A stretch of DNA of 64,000 bases, taken from assembly GCA_038046765.1 (NCBI GenBank), contig JBBSVN010000004.1, positions 96,001-160,000 on the forward strand, given 5' to 3'. Below, in pieces: positions 59,111 to 64,000 of this stretch (position 1 is its first letter; every line of letters starts with the position of its first letter). The translations under genes and the position numbers were made by a program. The notes below the pieces were generated by a model. It was not told where the DNA came from and did no database searches. It worked only from the letters and a program-made list of their open reading frames with translations. This DNA is from Candidatus Micrarchaeota archaeon. Its GTDB lineage: Archaea; Micrarchaeota; Micrarchaeia; Anstonellales; Bilamarchaeaceae.

Positions 59111-61507
59111 ATGCTAACAAGAATGCTAACTAAAGGAAAACCACGACAAACTTTTACAAGCGTAGTTTCCGGATTAGCTAATGCAAATATTTTAGACTCT
59201 ACAACTAATTTAGTACAAGTAAAGAGTAGAATAAATGAAGAATATATGTTTCTAAGCAGGAGTACAATAATTAAAGAGCTAGAAACCAAATATGAAAAAC
59301 TAAGAAAATTACTTGAATTAGCAAGAAAAAAAGAAGAAACCCCAAGTGAGAAAAAAGAAATAGGAGGAATGCAACTTATTGAGCAAATAAGAGATGAAAA
59401 AAGAAAAAGAGTAGAAATTTTGGAAGGCAAATTAACTTTAATTAAGCAACCATATCAAATTGCCAGAAATCAAAAAGAAGAAACGACCAACCATCCAATG
59501 ACCCAGATACTATATCGGGCAATAGCAGAATTAGATTGTGTATGTGAAGATGCAGAAAAAAGCAGAACTAAATTTTTTGAAAGGCTGGGAACTCTTTACA
59601 GACTAATAAAAGATGTTGACGACAAATATGTAGAGTATATTGGAAACGGGATAAATCACAACACCAAAAGCAGAGAAATAGAAAGTGAATTTGATACTTT
59701 GCTCTCAGAATTACTTGAAAAAAAGTTTATAAATTTGGAACAGAAACAGAACGCGATGGGAGAAATAAAACAATTCGCAGCAGTTCTTGAATTTTGCACT
59801 TATTTTGACCACGCATTGTTTAACAAGATACGAAATAAAATGCAAAAAGAAATAGAAGGCAGAAGAAAAGGCATAGCACAGATAAATAAGCCTATAAGAA
59901 CAGAAGATAGCGTTGCTGAATTTTTACCAAAAGCGGAAATTAAAAAAAGTGAAACTGAAGATAAAGGCAATGAAAAAAACAAAACAATAGAGAATAATGA
60001 AGATGGTGCAACAGTATTTGATTTATTAAGTAAGTTACTAGGTACAAGAGAAAGCGAAGGTCTGCATTTAGGTATATTGGAACGTGAGAAGGAGGAAAAA
60101 CTTGAATATTCTTGGCTTGGTAAAACCAAGAAATTATTATCTGGATTAATTAAAAAAGGATTTAGAATATTAATAGCCAGAATACCAGAATTTCGAAAAG
60201 GAGCGACATTTCTTATAATCGATGTAAATGATGAATTTGATAAGACAAAATTATCCCACATCACACCTAAAGTGAAACCATTTGTCTTAATCGCAAGTAT
60301 AATTAGGAGAGAGCACGAGAATTACGACGATATTGAAGAGGAGGTATTTCATTTAAAAACTTCAGAAATTTTCTTTAAGAAAGATTTAGGACTAGATATA
60401 GAAAAAATGATTTTAAAACTAGGTTCTTCAAGAGCCCTTGCTCAGTCGATTGTTGACATGTTCAAAAATCAGTACGCACTAAATTACAAGGAACTTTTTT
60501 TATTAAGACAGATTTTAGATAGTTATAGAAATAGCATAAAGAACAGAGACTTAAATCAGAAAGAAATAGCTACACGTGGTGAAGTCCTAGAACTTTTAGA
60601 ATCTGCAATTTTTGACAATGCACACATGGAATTTATAAGAAAATACGACGAACAAAATGAAGTATGTTTAGAACTTTACCAAAGAGGAACAATCTGCGAG
60701 CAAAAATTCTTAGACCAGGACGAAAAATTGAGAACTGTCAACAGATTATTTGACAATGGAAAATATGTACAGGCAGTAATTATGCTAGAAGAAATTGAAA
60801 TTGAATTGAAACAAATAAAAATAGTTGAAGAAAAACTTGCAGACAATTTAATAAAACTAGAATCAAAAGTAAGGTTTTCAACTAAGCAAGATGAGAATAA
60901 TAAGTTAATTAGAATTTTAGCTGATGCAGAGGAAGATTTATACGAAGAAAGATTAAACAGTGCACTAGAAATAATTGCAGAAGTAGAAGAGATGTCTTTC
61001 GACAGTATATATATGGATGCAAAATCACCTCAAACGCAAGTACTTGGAGGCCGAAGCATTGTTGATATCGATCCGTTAGTTTATGTAGAAAAAGCCCTAG
61101 AAGAAAGACAAAATTCTTTTGCAAAAAACACAGTAGATACAATTTATGATGTGCTATCTGAACTTACCGAATCGGAATTTTATTGTAAAAGAATGCTTAG
61201 AGCTTACAATCAAAGCAGTAGATTAAGTGACAGAGAGAAATTTGTTATTTTGGCATTTTCTAAAGTTTATATAGACAATAATAAAGATAAGACAATATCT
61301 GGATCAGCAGTAGATACATTTGGACAATTTAAGGGAATTATAGATAATAAAAATCTTAAGGGTTGGTTAGGCCATAACCTTTATATGAAGCTTATTGAAA
61401 GAAAAAAAGCAGCAGGAGACGAGCTTGCAGGACTAAGCGTTTTTGATTCAAACGAAAATGATGTAGAAATTACTGCAAAAAGACTCGTTGAATGCGCGAT
61501 AAACTAA
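59111..61507 (+). CDS. Large helical hypothetical protein
   Basis: Long ORF; start placed at ATG 59111 to avoid overlap. Confidence 0.75.
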   Translation: MLTRMLTKGKPRQTFTSVVSGLANANILDSTTNLVQVKSRINEEYMFLSRSTIIKELETKYEKLRKLLELARKKEETPSEKKEIGGMQLIEQIRDEKRKRVEILEGKLTLIKQPYQIARNQKEETTNHPMTQILYRAIAELDCVCEDAEKSRTKFFERLGTLYRLIKDVDDKYVEYIGNGINHNTKSREIESEFDTLLSELLEKKFINLEQKQNAMGEIKQFAAVLEFCTYFDHALFNKIRNKMQKEIEGRRKGIAQINKPIRTEDSVAEFLPKAEIKKSETEDKGNEKNKTIENNEDGATVFDLLSKLLGTRESEGLHLGILEREKEEKLEYSWLGKTKKLLSGLIKKGFRILIARIPEFRKGATFLIIDVNDEFDKTKLSHITPKVKPFVLIASIIRREHENYDDIEEEVFHLKTSEIFFKKDLGLDIEKMILKLGSSRALAQSIVDMFKNQYALNYKELFLLRQILDSYRNSIKNRDLNQKEIATRGEVLELLESAIFDNAHMEFIRKYDEQNEVCLELYQRGTICEQKFLDQDEKLRTVNRLFDNGKYVQAVIMLEEIEIELKQIKIVEEKLADNLIKLESKVRFSTKQDENNKLIRILADAEEDLYEERLNSALEIIAEVEEMSFDSIYMDAKSPQTQVLGGRSIVDIDPLVYVEKALEERQNSFAKNTVDTIYDVLSELTESEFYCKRMLRAYNQSSRLSDREKFVILAFSKVYIDNNKDKTISGSAVDTFGQFKGIIDNKNLKGWLGHNLYMKLIERKKAAGDELAGLSVFDSNENDVEITAKRLVECAIN

Positions 61508-61525
61508 ATGATATTGGAGAATGAG

Positions 61526-61666
61526 AATAAAAATCCAGTGAACTGCGGTTCTCTAGCCTTTATTTTTGCGAAAATAAAAATCCAGTGAACTGTATCGTTG
61601 TCGAGAAGCAGTTAAAGCTTCTCGAGCATGATCGTGAAGGGTGTTCCTCTTCACGACATCACGATC
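61526..61666. repeat. Hairpin-array element, copy 2, with a 20-bp direct repeat
   Basis: AATAAAAATCCAGTGAACTG at 61526-61545 and 61573-61592; hairpins homologous to 14625-14689. Confidence 0.7.
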
Positions 61667-61692
61667 TTTTTTACTTCTAATTAAGTAAAAAA

Positions 61693-61919
61693 TGGGGTCA
61701 TAGGGAAAGTCAGTTTTCTGTTTTCAGTTCTATGTTTTGCCGTAAATTAGGCAAGACTCGAAACTCTGAACCCAAAACTCTTTTGAACCCCAACCAACTG
61801 ATAGCCCGACTTTAGTGCGCATAATGATAAAACAATACGCGCTAGATCTGGAGCTTTGGCAATCGATTTTAATAATTAAAAAAGATTTCAGCCACGCTAC
61901 CGAGTTACGCCATAACCCC
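61693..61919 (-). tRNA. trnW: tRNA-Trp(CCA) with three introns (61855-61888, 61803-61847, 61707-61781)
   Basis: Spliced 73-nt cloverleaf: acceptor GGGGTTA/TGACCCC, D-stem GCGT/GCGT, anticodon loop CTCCAGA, T-arm TGGGG-TTCAAAT-CCCTA. Confidence 0.9.
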
Positions 61920-61993
61920 ATTAGATTAACTAACCTAATTAGACTAGCATTATACTAGTTATATCTTATATATAGGTAAAAATAGTTTAAAAG

Positions 61994-62572
61994 CTATGTT
62001 ACAAAGCTGAATTTACCTGCGCCTGCTCTTATGACCTTATTTTCAACAAGGTCAACTATAGTAGATGCTTGCTTGTGCCTTACCTTGCCCTTGATGATTA
62101 AATCAACTTTTTCTATAATAGACTTATCAACATCAGCTAGTTTAGTTGCTGACGCCTTACCGCTAAGATTAGCACTCGTAGTTATTATCGGTTTTTTTAG
62201 AAGCTTGCAGAACTCAACAATTGATTTGGAAGACGGAATCCTAACCCCTATTTTTCTGTTTGAACTAGCAGGTAATTTCTTTTTTAGTTTTAGAAGAAAA
62301 GTAAACGGACCAGGAAGATATTTTTTTAATATTGACTCTTGACTAGCAGACACCAGACAGTATTTTTTAATCATTTTCAGATCTGCCATAATAACGCTTA
62401 GGGATTTGGCTTTTTCCCGTTTTTTTATTTTATAAATTTTAGAAACAACTTTTTTATCTGTTGCATCCCCGCCAATTCCAAAAATAGTATCTGTTGGATA
62501 AAGTAATATGCCAGAATGCATTAGCACATATAGTGCTTTAGCTGCAGATTCATTTAAAGCAGGCATTAGCAC
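61994..62572 (-). CDS. tsaC: Threonylcarbamoyl-AMP synthase (YrdC domain only)
   Basis: YPTDTIFG, IKKR, LPGPFT, IGVRIP, TTSANLSG and STIVDL motifs. Confidence 0.92.
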   Translation of the reverse strand: MLMPALNESAAKALYVLMHSGILLYPTDTIFGIGGDATDKKVVSKIYKIKKREKAKSLSVIMADLKMIKKYCLVSASQESILKKYLPGPFTFLLKLKKKLPASSNRKIGVRIPSSKSIVEFCKLLKKPIITTSANLSGKASATKLADVDKSIIEKVDLIIKGKVRHKQASTIVDLVENKVIRAGAGKFSFVT

Positions 62573-62573
62573 T

Positions 62574-63461
62574 TCACTTGGCAGATTTCACAACTACTTT
62601 AGTACTTAATTTTTTCCACAAAATGTAAAGTGCTGAAAATAGGAAAATGTAAAATAACAGTAAAACCATGAAATAAACTAAATAGAACACAAGTATTATT
62701 GGAATAGATAGAATACCTCCACTAACTGCACCAACTAGGAATGCAGGAATAAACAAGAAGTATAAAATAGTAACTACTGCCATTAGTAGAATATATACTA
62801 AAAAATCAAGTCCCAAAACTGCCCAGAAATTACTTTTTACCATTGCAATTGAAGATTTAATGCTTTCAACTGGGCCTTTTTTGTTTAGTACAACATCCCA
62901 TACTGCAAATTGTGTGAAGAATGAAAATATAAATATCAGAATTAATTCGATAATATATAATCCTAAAAATATAAATATATTTGAAAACGCATTTGTAAGA
63001 GCAGCAGGATTACTACTACCATAACCGTATGCTGCAGATGAAGATAATTGATTAGAAGCAGAATACATAAACCATGCAATTAGTGGCAAAAACATTACAA
63101 ACATTGCAGCAGATAACACTACAATAAACTTCGTATACGGCACGAAATTGGCTTTTATTGTTTTTATCAGTTCAAGTTTTTTGCAATTATAGGTTGCATC
63201 AATTGAATTAAAGAATGCAGAAAATGAAACGCCAGATATCAAGTAACCTAGTATCAGGAAAGGAAGTGCTAACCATATTATCCAAGTTGAGATAGACGCA
63301 GCTAAGAATATTGCACCAAAATAGATTAAAAATCCAGCAATCAGTGCAATAATAGAAACAACAGATATTTTAAACGAGTTAACAAACAATGTTTTCCAAT
63401 TGGATTTTACAAAAGAAAATGTTTCCTTTAATGTTTCTGAAATTAAATCAATGCTAGACAT
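62574..63461 (-). CDS. Multi-pass membrane protein
   Basis: About 6 TM segments; ESIKSS..MVKSN motif shared with the next gene. Confidence 0.7.
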   Translation of the reverse strand: MSSIDLISETLKETFSFVKSNWKTLFVNSFKISVVSIIALIAGFLIYFGAIFLAASISTWIIWLALPFLILGYLISGVSFSAFFNSIDATYNCKKLELIKTIKANFVPYTKFIVVLSAAMFVMFLPLIAWFMYSASNQLSSSAAYGYGSSNPAALTNAFSNIFIFLGLYIIELILIFIFSFFTQFAVWDVVLNKKGPVESIKSSIAMVKSNFWAVLGLDFLVYILLMAVVTILYFLFIPAFLVGAVSGGILSIPIILVFYLVYFMVLLLFYIFLFSALYILWKKLSTKVVVKSAK

Positions 63462-63493
63462 AGCATAATAGTAAAATGAGAAGTTAAAAAAGG

Positions 63494-64000
63494 TTATGCT
63501 TTTGATGACCTGTTGATTTTCATATAGAAAAAGTAGACTAATGTCGTAAGTAAAATATGAGAAGTTAAGCCAAGAGCAAATGATAATATTAGATAGATCA
63601 CAACGCCAATTGGCCCTGCACTAGATAAAACTGAAGAAATACTTGCAATAACCTGAATAACAATGAAAATAAATATCAGCATTAGGTCAAACACAAATAC
63701 TTTGGACAGGTTATTTTTAGCAATTTCAAACGAACCTTTGAAGCTTTCAATTACGTCTTTCTTACTTAGTAAAAGTTCGTAGAGCCCGAATTGAACGAAA
63801 AACGCGAGTATTGCAGCTAAGATAATTAAAACGAGCCAGACAAGGAGATTTGGTTCGGGTAAAGCAGTAGGATTAGCAGTAGCCGAAGAGGATATAACAT
63901 ACATAATAATTGGATAGAGTAAAATAAACAAAACAGGCAGCGCAATTAGATAGTACTTAATAACTGGAAAAGAATTTTCCTTCATCTGGCCTAAAATCGC
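63494..64000 (-). CDS. Multi-pass membrane protein, probably 5'-truncated by the window edge
   Basis: Frame open to position 64000; paralog-like to 62574-63461. Confidence 0.65.
   Translation of the reverse strand, partial: AILGQMKENSFPVIKYYLIALPVLFILLYPIIMYVISSSATANPTALPEPNLLVWLVLIILAAILAFFVQFGLYELLLSKKDVIESFKGSFEIAKNNLSKVFVFDLMLIFIFIVIQVIASISSVLSSAGPIGVVIYLILSFALGLTSHILLTTLVYFFYMKINRSSKA

Noticed and set aside
54359..61142. Numerous antisense ORFs
   Set aside because: Shadow frames of long purine-rich genes with F/S/L-biased composition
61526..61592. CRISPR array
   Set aside because: Only two 20-bp copies and no cas genes in the window
61722..61771. Nested intron inside tRNA intron 3 (GTTC/GAAC helix)
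   Set aside because: Flanking helices do not fit a BHB; the alternative TTCAG/CTGAA pairing explains it
61730..61921. 63-aa ORF
   Set aside because: Coincides with the intron-containing tRNA-Trp
61691..61922. MITE with terminal inverted repeats
   Set aside because: The inverted ends are the tRNA acceptor stem

Overview
AT-rich archaeal chromosomal segment, most likely from a DPANN archaeon (Micrarchaeota-like; inferred from gene content). Housekeeping genes include rpoE'/spt4, glyS, psmB next to aCPSF1/fttA, dph6, tsaC, rnhB and a PRC-barrel gene. These are mixed with a type IV pilus locus, many toxin-antitoxin pairs, two Schlafen/AlbA_2 ATPases and large uncharacterised coiled-coil proteins. 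Main observations missed by the ORF track: (1) rnhB (36931-37606) is interrupted inside its DExGRG catalytic motif by a 37-nt bulge-helix-bulge (BHB) intron and is overlapped by a free-standing double-LAGLIDADG+HTH gene, a candidate archaeal collaborative-homing unit; (2) a membrane Ser/Thr kinase ends in a GC-rich, NNC-codon-rich segment resembling a DGR variable region, with no RT or template repeat in the window; (3) a tRNA-Trp(CCA) with three introns (61693-61919, minus strand); (4) two dispersed intergenic structured-repeat families; (5) two accessory ATPase genes, each bracketed by its own direct repeat; (6) an (AG)7 frameshift and an in-frame stop that break otherwise continuous genes. 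All calls come from manual reading; no searches were run.
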